The notes under the pieces are model-generated. The model did no database searches, had not been told where the DNA came from, and was given only the letters and a program-made list of their open reading frames with translations. Positions 51,331 through 64,000 of a stretch of 64,000 nucleotides of DNA are shown in pieces. The translations under genes were made by a program, and so were the position numbers. Position 1 is the stretch's first letter. Each line of letters starts with the position of its first letter. The DNA is from Takakia lepidozioides (Eukaryota > Plantae > Bryophyta). The DNA lies in NCBI GenBank assembly GCA_030704615.1, contig CM060732.1:42408001-42472000 (forward strand), given 5' to 3'.

Positions 51331-52103
51331 CATTCAATGGCACTATGAACGTTTCGAGCATGCTGTCAGAAAACTAGACGGGCAAAAACCCAATTCAGCA
51401 GCCTCACCTTGCGTGGATACTTGGGAATTGATGCCAGAAGAGCATGCCCGTATGCGCGCTTCATCGTGCCTCCATCCAGCACATTCTGCAAATGTTGAAT
51501 GACCAAGACCCCGATGTCACACCTTTTTGGGAAGCCACTACACGCGCTCACAGTATACGAAGGCCTTGCCATGTCAAGATTCGCATTCCCACGTCCCGCC
51601 ATGTCCGACGCAGTACTTGCATCCCCGTCTCTGCCAGGTGGAGGCAACTCGTATTAAAATATCTATTCCTCCAAGGCCACATTTTGTTTACCTCTTTTTG
51701 TGAAAGCCACGTCAGTAAATGTGCTGTCGAATCACGGGTGCAATGAATGCGCAGTGGTTCATGGAGTCGTTGAGTCGACTACATATTCATTTTAATGAAT
51801 AAATATCTTTATTCCATTAATCGAATGAGAAATGAAAATTTGTAGTCACATGTGCAATAATTACAACCACTTGTAATTTTGGTTTTTTCAAATTTTATGT
51901 ATTTACGCAATTCGTTAAATAGCCCAGAATTCTGCTACGACTCCGGAGTCGTTGACCCCACTTCCATCCGCCATCCGAAATGCCCCCGTGGGCCCACATT
52001 GTCTGTTTCGACTCTCCAGTAGTCATGTTTACTACCAAGTGGTTCCTGGAAGTGGTGACGGACATGCAATCGATTCGGAAAAGACACGAATGCTTCTAGA
52101 TAT

Positions 52104-52477
52104 CTATTCGCAGGGAGACTACAGTAGTCCTCAACCTTCATGATCCGGATGTGTGGACACAAGCATGTGCCCAGCGGGTAGAGTTGTTCAAGAGAGTCAT
52201 GCCTATGGCTTTTGATAACCTTGCTATTGCACAACATCGAGACACATTGAGGTACGTCACTATACGTGGAGGGGGATATCGGCCATGTATTCGGCATTTC
52301 CACCCTGGGGACTATGTGTATCTGCAGCAGACAGGTGAAAGGTGACATGACGCACAATTGCGCACATGGTCCTTCCATATCATGCCATCTCGACCCTCCA
52401 GAATCAACACTCCTGAAGGCAACACCTCCCGGACCCTTAGAATTACACGTCCTGTTGTGACATCCAAGGTTGTAGGT
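52104..52477 (+). mobile_element. Gypsy copy 4, part 2 (integrase C-terminal region; last 143 bp or so inverted)
   Basis: Resumes where part 1 stops (ATTCGCAGGGA...). 52335-52477 is the reverse complement of the expected continuation. Confidence 0.88.
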
Positions 52478-53915
52478 GAGTTCTTGCTTTTGTCTTGTTG
52501 TTAGTAGCTTGAGCTTAGTTCTTTTTTAGTTGATTGCTTAGAGCTTGCTAGAATAGCAAAGCTTGGTGGAGGTGATCAAAGAGAAGGAGCTTAAAAGTCA
52601 TAGTGCTTGAGGCTTAGAGCTTAGCTAGAAGTTTAGCAAGCTCAGAGGAGGCACTAGTTGTGTGTTGAGAAGACTAGGGAAGTGAGCCAGAGCTCATACC
52701 CTAGGTGCTCAACTTTGTTTTGGCCAAGAGCCTTGTTTATAGTGAAAAAATGAGAATTATTCCCCAAAAGAGAGTGGATTTGCAATTTGGAGTGTGGTGA
52801 GCCCCTAGAAGAGAGAGTGGAGGTAATAAGCAACAAACCTCGTAGGAGAGGTGAGCTACTACCCCATCCCCTAGGTTTTGGTAGCCCCTTAGCAAGTTGG
52901 GACATTCCAAAAAGCGGGGAGAGTTCTTGTTCTTATTTAATTTTTCATGTCATTTGCGTCTTTTTGTTGTGATGTGGATGATACTCTAACTTGGTGACAA
53001 GGTCTACTAACCCAAGAGTGGTGGAGAAAGCTTGTGAAGAAGAATACTAACCCCCCATAGAGGCCAAGTGGCCCATGGGGTTGTTACTTGTTTTGTTTTG
53101 TTGTTGATTTTGCTCAAGAGGGATCTTACCATTGGGGTTCCAGCATGGGTGTTCATCTCTAACATGGTTTGTGGTTTCATTTATGTTTGCCACTAGGCCT
53201 CCTCTTTTTGTTTGACTAACTTGGGAAGTGGGGGAAGCTAACGAAGCCAAGAGGGGCGCTTGACTAGATGCTCGTAGTTTTCTATTTAAGCTTTATTGTG
53301 TTTGTTTTATGAGTGGATTGAAGTGAGAGTGGGTGGGTTCAAACTACTTACTATGCTTGGCCACTAGGCCCCTACTACTAAGTACCAAGTCCCTCAAAGA
53401 ATAGGGAAGAAGAGGAAAGGAGAGGGAGAGCCTTACATATTTTTTGGCAAATATTATTTGCTGGTATTTTATTTATTGCGCTAAGATTTAATTTTCAGGC
53501 TCAAAATTCCATTGCATTAGGCCCCCATGAGCTCTAGGAGCTATGGGGGACCTCTACTAACTAAATGCATGCACTACTGCATTTAGGGGGGATTAGCGAC
53601 GCCCATAGCCACCCCCGCGCCGGACGCGCCAACCCCACGACGACTGCAGTGCCGCGTAGGGGATCCGCCCTGGGCTTGCGACAACGGGGTGTCGCCCCTC
53701 CAGCGCTCGGGTGACGTTGTGGCATCTTACAATGCCACGCCATCGCCGGAAAAGGGGGCGTGATCCCATTCCCCGCGCCAGCGCGCTGGGAGGTTGCAAC
53801 GCCCTGGCGTCGCAGAAATGTTTTGCTACGACCATTATTCTTCTTGAGTTTTCCCGTCTACAACAACTGTTGGAGTTCTATTTTGAATATATGCTGCTGT
53901 ATTTATTGCCTCTCC

Positions 53916-54625
53916 CTAAAAGTTATCAAGAGCAATCCCATATTCTGAACAAAATGAGTTAAAAGCTTTTGAGGCATATTCAATCCCGTTGTCAGTTCTT
54001 AGGGTTTTCAACCTCTTTCTTGTTTGATTTTTAGCCATGGCTTTGTATTTCTTAAATGTTTCAAAAACTTCACTTTTGAGTTTAAGCAAATACACTGTCG
54101 CCCTTCGGCTATAATCATCTATGAACGTGACATGAAAATATCTGGATCCTCCAAAAGAATTTGTTTGCATAGGGCTACATATATCTGAGTGTACCAATTC
54201 TAATACCTCATATGCACGTTTTCCTCCACTTGTAGGAAATTGGTTTCGTTGTTGTTTCCCATGCATACAACTCTCACTTAAATGTAGATGTATGCTTGAT
54301 TGCATGGTCATACCCTCAACCAGATTCTCCTTTTGCATCAACTTCATCTTTTGAATGCTTATATGCCCAAGCTATGATGCCATACATCATCATTCATTTT
54401 ACTAGTTGAAATAGATGCCATACTTACCTCTTGACTTGGAGTCGTGAGAGAAGTACCCAATACATATAAATTGTACTTCCTTTCTCCCGTGGCAATTATT
54501 TTCTCTCCACTTTTATCCTTAAGTTTGAAGGACAACATTAGTAGTTTTACTTCCTGACACAAGGTTTCTCTTCAACCTGGGAACATGAAGTAGATCCTCG
54601 ATGTGCTTTACTTCTCCAATTGACA
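53916..54625 (-). mobile_element. Ty1/Copia fragment (GAG-pre-integrase and integrase core)
   Basis: VWHHSLG, LELVHSDICSPM, FIDDYSR, KSEVF, LKTLRTDNGIEY. Confidence 0.9.
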
Positions 54626-56118
54626 CAGTTGGAGGATCCACATATTTTGTCATGTTCATAGATAATTATAGCCGAAGGGCGACAGTGTATTTGCTTAAAC
54701 TCAAAAATAAACTCTGATAACTAAAAAATGTGCGAAACTATCTTTAACTGCCCACATAGGCCCTCACAGCAACGCTTAAGAAACAAGTACCCCTATACGT
54801 GATAAACATGTTACCCTATAGGCGTGGATTTCCTTACGCTATGCTCACCCGATACTATGCCCTTTACATGATAGACTTGAGAAAAGGGCGCTGGGGCTCC
54901 AAGAGACTACCACTTGATTTTAATTTCTCACTGCGAAATTAAAACTCTCACTCCCGAAACTACCACTTAATTTTAATTTCTCACTGCGAAATTGAAAGAT
55001 AGATCAAATAATTTATTGATTTGGTGCAACTGCACCCTATAAATGCACGGTGCCTCAAAACATGTAACTCCTATGACCGCAGTTTAAGAACATACAACCC
55101 CCATGCCCGTGGGTTGTGCTCACGAGATACCAACCCCCTGAAATTTAGAACTATCTAGCAATTATTGTCTAAATTAATTGGCTATAGCCTGAAAGGACAT
55201 AACACTTAAGCAACCAATCAAATGTTAGGTACATCTAGTGACTCATGGAATCTAGGTGAGAGTTGGGGCGAGAAGAACCACAGTTATTATGGTGTCTTCA
55301 CAGTTATTATGGTGTCTTCGTGGTTGGGAGGAGAGCTCCTAATAAATAAAGTCAAAGGATTGGGAAGGCCATTATATGTGAGGGTGATAACTGCATAATT
55401 TGCATGACCATTCATCATACATACTACAAATTTTATCCTGGATTCCAGTGTATACAAAGAGTGCGTTCATGGTGTGAATTTGGATACTATTTTGTCAAAC
55501 TTTTGACTCAATTTGTATACTTTCAGCAGTCGCGTCGTCAATTCTGCAAGTTGTATCTGCAAAAGCAAGATGGACTGTACAACAAAAAAATAAGCTGTAA
55601 CATAAACAAACAAAAATAACTTGTGCAAAGGGGGTAACCATATGTTCCATACACAGCTGCTGGGTTTGGGCGTGTTATTGCTCTAATGATAATCCCAAAT
55701 TGTAAGTTCCTATTGTAATGAGAGGCCAATTGGGCCTCCTTTGGAGTCAGAAACACTTCCTATCCTAACCTTTACAACTCATCTGTAATGGAAACTAGAG
55801 CGGTGATGTGAAAGTAAAGTTATCTGCACCTGACCTCGCCATCTCCTCGTCTCTGTAGCCCAACAGGAAGCTTAGCATAGCCCTCTCGTGACCTTTTAGT
55901 CACCCCCAGCATGCTGTTTGTGTGTGTGTATACAATGTCCATCAGTCTGTCTGTATGTTTCTCTTCCACCATGAAGTAGTGGAAGAGTCATCCTCTCCAT
56001 TTTAGGCTAGCCACCCCCCTTGGCTTTTTTCCAATTCAATACAGATGAGCCAACTGACATGGGTGAAATTAATCCTCTATTGTAAGAAGCTCTTGCATCA
56101 GTGTGAAGCTTTTCTCTA

Positions 56119-59100
56119 TTAAGAAAGCTGGTCAGGCTCATGACCTGAGCGATTTTGTAGGTTGATGAGCTGTGCATAAACACCGGCATTGGATATGAGT
56201 GTTCTATGACTCCCCTGTTCAACAATTTTCCCCTCCTGGACAACTGCTATGGTGTGGGCATGTCGAATGGTGGAGAGCCTGCGGACATGGACATTCTATA
56301 TTAGAATGCAGCAGAGAGTTACTGGCAATTCAACAGCAGCCAAGTCAAGAGCTCAGGGACAAATTGACAGCTTAATGAGGGAAGAGAATACCTATGAGCA
56401 ATAACAACAGTTGTGCGTCCACGCATCAAACGGTCTAGTGCCTCCTGAACAATCTTCTCTGACTGGGCATCCAGAGCACTTGTTGCTTCATCAAGCAACA
56501 AAATTGCAGGGTCCTTGAGAACAGCACGAGCGATTGCTACACGCTGTTTTTGTCCACCCGACAGTTGGACACCCCTTTCACCAACTTCTGTCCGGTATCC
56601 CTCGGTCAATCCGCTGATGAAATTGTGCGCATTTGCAGCTTTTGCCGCATCAATGACTTCACTCTCTGTTGCCCCATCCCTGCCATACAGAATGTTCTCA
56701 TAGATAGTACCAGAAAACAGAGCAGGCTCCTGTGAGACAAGCCCTATGTGACGCCGCAATGACCGCAGCTTCATCCTCCGGATGTCTTTGCCATCTATCA
56801 TGACCTTACCAGACAGAGGGTCATAAAACCGTGCAATCAGTGCAATCACAGAGCTCTTACCTGCACAAAACCATGGAAATGTTCTTAGCTTGTGAGTAAG
56901 ACTAGTTTGGCATTCAGTGCAAAGAACAGCTCCTTTGAAGTTCCGAGGAGATTTGTTATTTGTGAAAGTGCAGAATAATGCTGAAAACTGCCAGCCCAAC
57001 TGTGAACTGCCCAACTGCCGCTGTATCCTGCTGTGAGTGGAACCCTGCATCATGGGAACATGACCTCCAGGACAGCCAAATGGCCCCATAGCACATCAAG
57101 GCAGACAAGGCAAGAGGAAAGGTGGTCTGTTTACCTGACCCACTGGCCCCCACTAGTGCAAGACTCTTGCCTGCCCTGACTTGCAAGTTGAAATCCTTGA
57201 AGATGTGCAAGTCAGGTCTTGCTGGATATGCAAAGTCCACCTGTTTCAACTCTATTTCCCCATTCACACTGCTGACCTCCTCCCCGACTGGATCATCAGG
57301 GTTAATCGCTGTCTCGCGGTCCAGAATCTCAAAGAGGGATCCCAGGGCCTGTGAACCCTTGACAATGTCAGGTGCAAGAGCAAGTGTCTCAGCTACCCCA
57401 AAAGCAGTAATGATAAGGACCATGAAGGTTTTTATCACGTCACCAAACTGGGCCTTGCCCTCTTTTACCAGCTTAGATGCATACCACAGAGCGAGCCCAT
57501 AAGAACTGTACATGCAGAACTGAGAAAGACCATAGCCAAAGCCAGAGAGCTGCCCCCGCACGAAAGTCTGCTTCTTGGGCTCCTCGAGCTCCCGCACAAA
57601 GAGGTCCAGCACTTTATCTTCTGCACAAAATGCTGCCACTGTACGGATGTTGCCAACTGCTTCACCAGCCACCATGCTAGCTCTTGAGTAAGCCTTCGCC
57701 AGGTCTCCACCAAAACCTTTAAGAAAAAGTTGCTGCAAGCAAGCAGTGACACTTGGTTCAGTAAAGATTCGTGATGCAGGACCTCGCTGGAAATTTGGAC
57801 TCTTTGATGTAGGCTTCACGCAACTCCCAGACGAGAGCTTCACTAGGAGACCTTGAGCACCCTTCTGGCAAGCAGCCATCAGCCATCACAAGGTACTGAA
57901 TGTGGAATAAGAAATCACTAACAAGCAACTAAGCTTAGATACTACATGAATGCCATACCTCACCCACGGCTGCACCAATCAGGAGCGGGAAAGTGGCCAG
58001 GATAACGCCTGCAACCTGCCACTGCAGGTAGAATGCGATGCAGAAGGCAGTCACCGTGAGGGCCAAATTCTGTATGATAGTCGACATTCTGTCCCCAACT
58101 GCAGCCCTGACCAGTGTGGCATCTGATGCTAGGCGCGCTGACACCAGGCTGCTATTGTTGTTTTCATCATCAAACCAGCCCACCTCCTGTCGGAGTATTG
58201 CTGTTACACAAAAGGCCTTTCTCAGTAACTCCCATCAGAATAAGCAGGCATTGTCTTTAGAAGTAAAACATAACACAAGTGGTGTCTATTGTCAGCACTA
58301 CGATGATTGCAACTTAGTTGAGGGTCGAGGGTAAGTAGTTGAGCAATGTTGCCAAGAAGCACACAGTGTGGAGTAGCAAAGAGGTCCTTGCTTGGTGCGA
58401 CTTGGTGTGACACAATAGGTGGAACAAGAAGAAGTCAAAGGACGAAAGAAAGGGGAGAAATGAAATGAAACAAAGATAAGTATTGTTTATGAGAAGCTCA
58501 AAGGGCCCAAGGGACACCAGTAGAGAACGAGATAGCAAATGTACTATTAAGATGTCGTTTGCCGGTAGCCCTGTGGACAACGACCCCACGCCCAGTTCGG
58601 GTGGACTAAAAGGGAACAGACACTAGCTTTGTGAGGGGCTCACTCTGGTAGTGGTACTTACCTTGGTATGAACAATTAGTTCAGGCTTTCCAGATCTAGA
58701 AAGCCCTTCACACAAGCATCCATCTGCTGTGTGTGAGCTGCCCAGCAATTAGATCCCAACAGGGCCAGGGCTTCAGGCTAAGCCTCAAGATTTTCGAAGT
58801 TGGTGTAAAACTAAGACAAAGAAAACAAGAAACTCGGGAAGCTCAAAGTGCTTATGGTCAAGAGAGAAAACCAGAAGGAGATAGAACTACTGGTCCACAT
58901 GATTCAAGATCCTTACATGTGAACATCAGCGTCCGTACACGCATTGTGAGGCGCTCCCCCATTATTCCGTAAAAATAGTGCTGCAGCACGTAAATAAGGA
59001 CAGTGACCACAGTTGCCGCACTAAAAATGAAGCAGATCTTGTGTACTTCGCGGCGGACATAGGCATGGTCGGGGTTATAAAATGTCACAAGCATCTGGCT

Positions 59101-62100
59101 GATTGCCAGTGCAAAGAGAGGTGTCTCACATCCTGCCAGAATTGCGCCGAGGGAGCCAAGAAGGGCATAGGGCCATTCAGGAGAATTCAGCTTCAATAAC
59201 CTCCATATTGAAGGAGGTGGGTAGACCTTTGGCGGTTTCTTGGGACCTTCATCTTCTGATCCCAGCCAGGACTCTGTCTCAGGATCAGGTCCAGCCATTC
59301 GGAAACTACCATTCATGCGGCCGCCTTCGCGGAAACTTTCACTAAGTCTGAAGCTCCAGTGTTGGCTCCATCGTTGGGAGAGAGAAGAGCCCCGCGAGTG
59401 TCTGCAGTAACATTGACAACATAATGAATAGGGAGGGAACCTTTCCATGAGAACCTTGACGAAGAGGCCCATGCATTTCAGCTTGTAATGATCATGGATT
59501 GGGTTTAAGTATGGGGCAACAGCATGTCAGTTTCTGGGTGAAACATGCATTCAGGCTGAAAAAAGTTGGGCAAATGTGAGCTTTGAAAGGGCTAATAGCA
59601 AACTGAAGTCCTCAGGCCGAGAAGAGACTTGCTAGCATAGCTGGTTTCTGAACTATCTTGCAACTCTCCTTTCTCTCCTTTCTCTCTTAGACAACCCCTT
59701 GATCAATAATTGTTTTTGGGCTACTTGTGAACAGTCCCAATCTCTTTCTTGTTTCATGCTTTCTCGTCCCATATTATCTTTGAGCTTTCCATGGACTTTA
59801 CAACACATCATTTCATTCTCTGTGAGATTCTACAGTTCTTTTGTTTCCATGTCTACTACGTCCCTGTGGTGTCCTTGACCTACTGCAGAAAACCACCTAG
59901 CAGTCAATAGATGTCCATCATTCGAACTGATTGTTCCCAACTATGGACGATTAATCATAAACGTTCATCCCGCTGTTGAGGACACAAGAAAGAAGGGTCA
60001 CTAACCTGGACTGTCTGTCAATCTTGGCACTGTCAACAAGTTCCGGTTTGACTTCTGCAGGCTTAGTCTGTGTGGCAGTTTCTTGCAGCTTCACAAGTTG
60101 GAAATATGCCCCCGTCTCCCCCTTGGTGAGCAACTCATCATGAGTTCCCATTTCTACCACGCGGCCTTGCTGGATGACAGCAATCATATCTGCATTTCTG
60201 ATGGTAGAAAGCCTGTGGGCCACAACTACAGTGGTGCGCCCCACCATCAGCCGGTCAAGAGCTTCTTGCACAATTTGCTCGGACCCAGCATCAAGGGCAC
60301 TCGTAGCTTCATCAAGGAGGAGGATGCTGGGATTCTTGAGCATTGCGCGAGCAATAGCAACACGTTGCTTCTGGCCACCAGATAATTGCACGCCCCTTTC
60401 GCCCACCTGGCAAAAGAAGCACCCATTAATTTCTGCTTGCTTGTAGAGAAGTTTAGAGATGAACAAACTCTGAGATTCTGTTCCAAGAAGAAAGCAGAAG
60501 AAAATAAGGGGCTAGAAACACAAAGACTGTATTGGAGTAGCTCCTAAGGATTTTGCCAGAGTACGGACCTGAGTTTCATAACGATTGGGGAGTCCCTCAA
60601 TAAAGGAGTGGGCATTTGAGGCTTTAGCAGCTTCCTGAATCTCCTGCAAGGTCGCCCCATCCTTGCCATAGAGAATATTCTCAAGGATGCTGGTAGCAAA
60701 CAAGGCAGGCTCCTGGTTCACCAACCCTATCTGTTCGCGTAACCACTGCAGCTCAATGTTCTTGATGTTGAACCCATCTAGCAGCACCTCCCCTGCACAA
60801 GAGCGAGAAAAAATTTCTCCTTAGTTTTTAACATTTACCAGTAATAGATCATGTTTAGATATCGTGGGCTGAGCATTAATCGTAAGACATCTATCTCAGG
60901 TTGTACCTGAAGTGGGGTCGTAGAATCGCTCAATTAGAGAGATCACAGTGCTTTTCCCTGAGCCTGAGCCACCAACAATGGCTATGGTCTTCCCTGCAGG
61001 GATGGTAAGACTAAGATTTTGGAATATAGGCATGTCCTTCCTGGAAGGGTAGCTGAAAGAGACATTCTGCAGCTGAATTTGGCCTCGCACTTGACAGAGA
61101 ATGACCCCCTCTGCCCTGCGGTCTATGAGCGGTTTCCGGTTTATCATCTCCAGTATGTTATATCCTGCCGCCTTGCCCTTCCCAAAGGTTGTTAAATTTG
61201 GAGCAGCCTGACCTAGGGCACTGCAGACACCAACATTACACTTCTCAGCATCCAAGGTTTCATGGAGAAGATGAGTTCACAGACATCCATTTAAATAAAA
61301 TAGAGAAGGCCAATAAAATTATAAAACGTGTAATAAGAGCTTAGACGCATAACTGGCAATAGTCACACTTTTCTGTTCACACAGGACCCAACCAGTGGCC
61401 CTCACATTTCAACGTGGAGAGATCAATTGCTACAAAGTGGATGACCTCAAGATAAAATGCTGAAATGACAGAGAAAACATGAGTGCAGAAGTACAAGCCC
61501 ATACATGCCACTGATGATGACATTTAGAATGGTTGTGAACGCTTGCCCTCCATTGGTGACCTTATGCATCACCAAAATGCTCGCATACCAAAGAAGCAGT
61601 GCCCAAGCTCCAAAGAGAAGCCCATACGTGAACCCCACACCCAGGCCTTTAGCCATGCCTCCCTTCTTACCGAGACTCAGCGTGGTCTCAAGTGACTTAT
61701 TGTAGGCAATTACAGCCTTTGTCTCTCCAACAAATGAATACACAGTTCGCACTTGAGCAATTGCCTGGTGGCCACAGTAAAATGCGTTCATTAGCACGTA
61801 GATAGTTCTTGGGAAACAATGTGGAGAGGGATTTCAGGAACAGTATTTTCACGGATCAAATTTGAACAGAAATTCAATTTATCACAGGACTGTTTTGGGT
61901 CATCCGCAAATGTTGCACAAAGACGCCCTCAAGCTTGCTGATAGAGTGGGGCTGGTTGGTATGCACTCCAGGGTAAAGTTTGGCAATGGCTGGCAATTGT
62001 TTCCATGATATGCCCTACCCCAACCACAATTCCAGTTAATTAAAGACACTTTAATGGCAGAGTCTCACCTTCCAACAACACACGACATTGGCCCAATTTG

Positions 62101-64000
62101 ATCTGATTCATATCCCTCATAATTGGCATCAGTTTGCCTATGCTCTTTAGGGTAAGGGTCACCTCATGAGTATATTACCTCTTCAGCAATCTCTCCGGCC
62201 TTAGCATAGGCTTTTTGACCACGGCTTGTAATGCCAATCATAATCACAGCATATGCACCCCCTGCAACTGCAATCAGAGGCACCACTGCTAGTGTAACAA
62301 GTGTGAGCTGCCACACAGATGTGAAGCCCACCGCAAAACCAGCGACAAATCTTGCCATGTAATGTACATAATTTCCAGCCTGCATTCAGATATTTCAGAC
62401 AACATTAGCCATAATGAACATTCTTACATGAAATCTAACTCCCTGTGACATCCTTTTCAATATCCACATAATGATTCCATGTGAAATATGGCAATATCAA
62501 GATCCAACTTGAGAAGCTCAATGTATGTAGGGCTCCATTTGGTGACCTTCCAGGGCGACAGGCTGTGGACCTGCTACTATCAAACTTAACAGTGTGTGCT
62601 GGCCCTTCACCCCTGAAGTTTATGTCATTTTCATACCAGCATACAAATTGATCCACAACTAACAAATGCAGAAACGCATGTGCATAATCAGTGACTATTC
62701 AGTATCAAATTCTGGCAGATGTTTACAGACCATTCCACAGACACTACTTGGGCGAATAACCTATTTTCTGCCCAGTTTTTCTTATCAAGCCCCCTGTATT
62801 GATTTAAAAAGCAGGTGACACTTGTATCCTCCATCCAAACTTGTGTCTACCCCTTCTCTCTCTACATCTCTCTCTGGGGTAAACCCTGGTGGGTGCGAAT
62901 CCAACAAAAGGCTCTGGGAGGGTTAGTTTCCCGCAGGGTCAACGGCCGTAAGGCTATGGCAAGGCAACGTTCACAGGGCACGGCAGGAGTACATTCAGTG
63001 GCATACCTTTTCACTAATTGCCTCCTGCACTAGCAGGGTGTCACTGGAAATCCGGCTCACGATTTCCCCTGTGCTGGCATCTGTGTCAAAAAACCCCACA
63101 TCCTGGGAAAGCATTGCTTTCAAGTACTGTGTCCGCATTCGAGCTGATTGCCTTTCCCCTGTCTGCATCCAGCATGACACCTCTGCACATGGAAATGACA
63201 CTTGAATTGGATGTGTGGATTGCTACCAGCAAGGGCCTATGACTACTTAAACCAACAATTTATGGTGAAATTTGCCAAAACTGGTGGTTTTGGCCAAGCA
63301 CAAGCAATTCCCTCTTTGCAATCTGAACACTTATACATACATGCTGATTCATGGATAGGTGAGAATTCTATTAGTGGTCTTTGAGTGAGAATCGAGCACA
63401 AAGGACCAAAAGCCATCTGAACCACAATGGACCAAGCCCTCAACAGGTGAAGAGACCAGTAACAACCACTGTCTCAAGTCACATTAGAGGAAAACTCACC
63501 TAGCCATGCAGATGCCATGACAATTATTGCCAAGTAGAAGAAATACAGCGCATTCTGCATTGTCATGAGGAGAAATGTAGTCAGCTTCTCTCAAATGATC
63601 CCAGCTTACAGCTCTACTGTAATGTGTCTCCCTCCCTCCTGTCTCGCAAGAAATAGTCAAACAACGCAGTGTGATACCTCTCTGCTGCAACCAGATGACA
63701 CAAGAGCTGCACTCTTAGTCTGACTACTTGTCTAGATTTGCAGCTTCAATTCCAACTCTCTGAACGATTGACCGATTTGGTAGAGAAGTGTCTGGATGCA
63801 CTAAACCTCTCCAAACTTAATTGATGCGTGCAGGAGATTGATATCTGATTTTGTCACGATTGGTGTACGTCATGGACATGCGCTTCCCCACCTTCCCAAC
63901 CTTATCCTGTAAACCTGAAGCATGTGCTTGTATGCAGGCCATACTTCTGGTCCAGACTACATCTGATGTTGAAGCGAAAACTGTGGACTTACCACTCAGC
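56119..64000 (-). CDS. Full-size ABCB (P-glycoprotein/MDR) transporter, 5' end outside the window; approximate exons 63555-63499, 63183-63007, 62379-62179, 61764-61505, 61221-60907, 60793-60569, 60405-60006, 59402-58916, 58201-57959, 57733-57135, 56860-56392, 56278-56119
   Basis: [17 protein letters not shown]; two NBDs with GGSGSGKS and GASGSGKS; [14 protein letters not shown] twice; [11 protein letters not shown] twice. The last exon reads LSTIRHAH...YAQLINLQ...TAA. Confidence 0.93.

Larger units (their letters stand above)
39151..55140. mobile_element. Pair of hAT-like terminal inverted repeats (CAGGGGGTTGGTAT ... ATACCAACCCCCTG) enclosing a 16-kb nest of insertions
   Basis: 14-bp perfect terminal match plus about 80 bp of subterminal inverted similarity (39151-39272 vs 55050-55140). 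No matching 8-bp TSD seen. Confidence 0.6.

Noticed and set aside
52478-53900. LTR-like and GC-rich hairpin-bearing segment as a defined element
   Set aside because: Probably TE-derived, but no paired terminus, PBS, PPT or TSD could be supported.
56119-56278. Frameshift in the last ABCB exon
   Set aside because: Careful reading gives a continuous frame ([20 protein letters not shown]...stop).
1-64000. tRNA or rRNA genes
   Set aside because: None recognised by eye; a tRNAscan-SE or Infernal run would be needed to exclude them.

Overview
Eukaryotic nuclear DNA from a land plant, most likely a non-seed plant such as a bryophyte or lycophyte (inferred from spliced plant ABC genes, a TTTAGGG tract and the TE types). 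Three host genes look intact: an S/P-rich protein with a C-terminal methyltransferase-like fold (+, 3042-5808), a 10-exon ABCD half-transporter (-, 37940-31087) and the 3' part of a full-size ABCB transporter (-, >64000-56119). Two nested transposon graveyards lie between them. The first (about 8.1-29.2 kb) appears to split an FkbM-type methyltransferase pseudogene. It holds a large Mutator-like element (GCM-like/DDE/SWIM transposase plus a Ulp1 protease gene), a near-complete Ty3/Gypsy element and a chromovirus remnant. The second (about 39.15-55.14 kb) is bounded by hAT-like terminal inverted repeats. It holds more Gypsy fragments, a tandem FCP1/NIF-like gene, satellites and a Copia fragment. 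The standout feature is a Ty3/Gypsy family whose single gag-pol frame carries a DNMT3-like C5 cytosine methyltransferase between protease and RT and ends in a PHD finger in place of a chromodomain. It has four remnants here and an unusual A-(B-A)n terminal repeat. All calls come from reading motifs by eye; no database searches were run.
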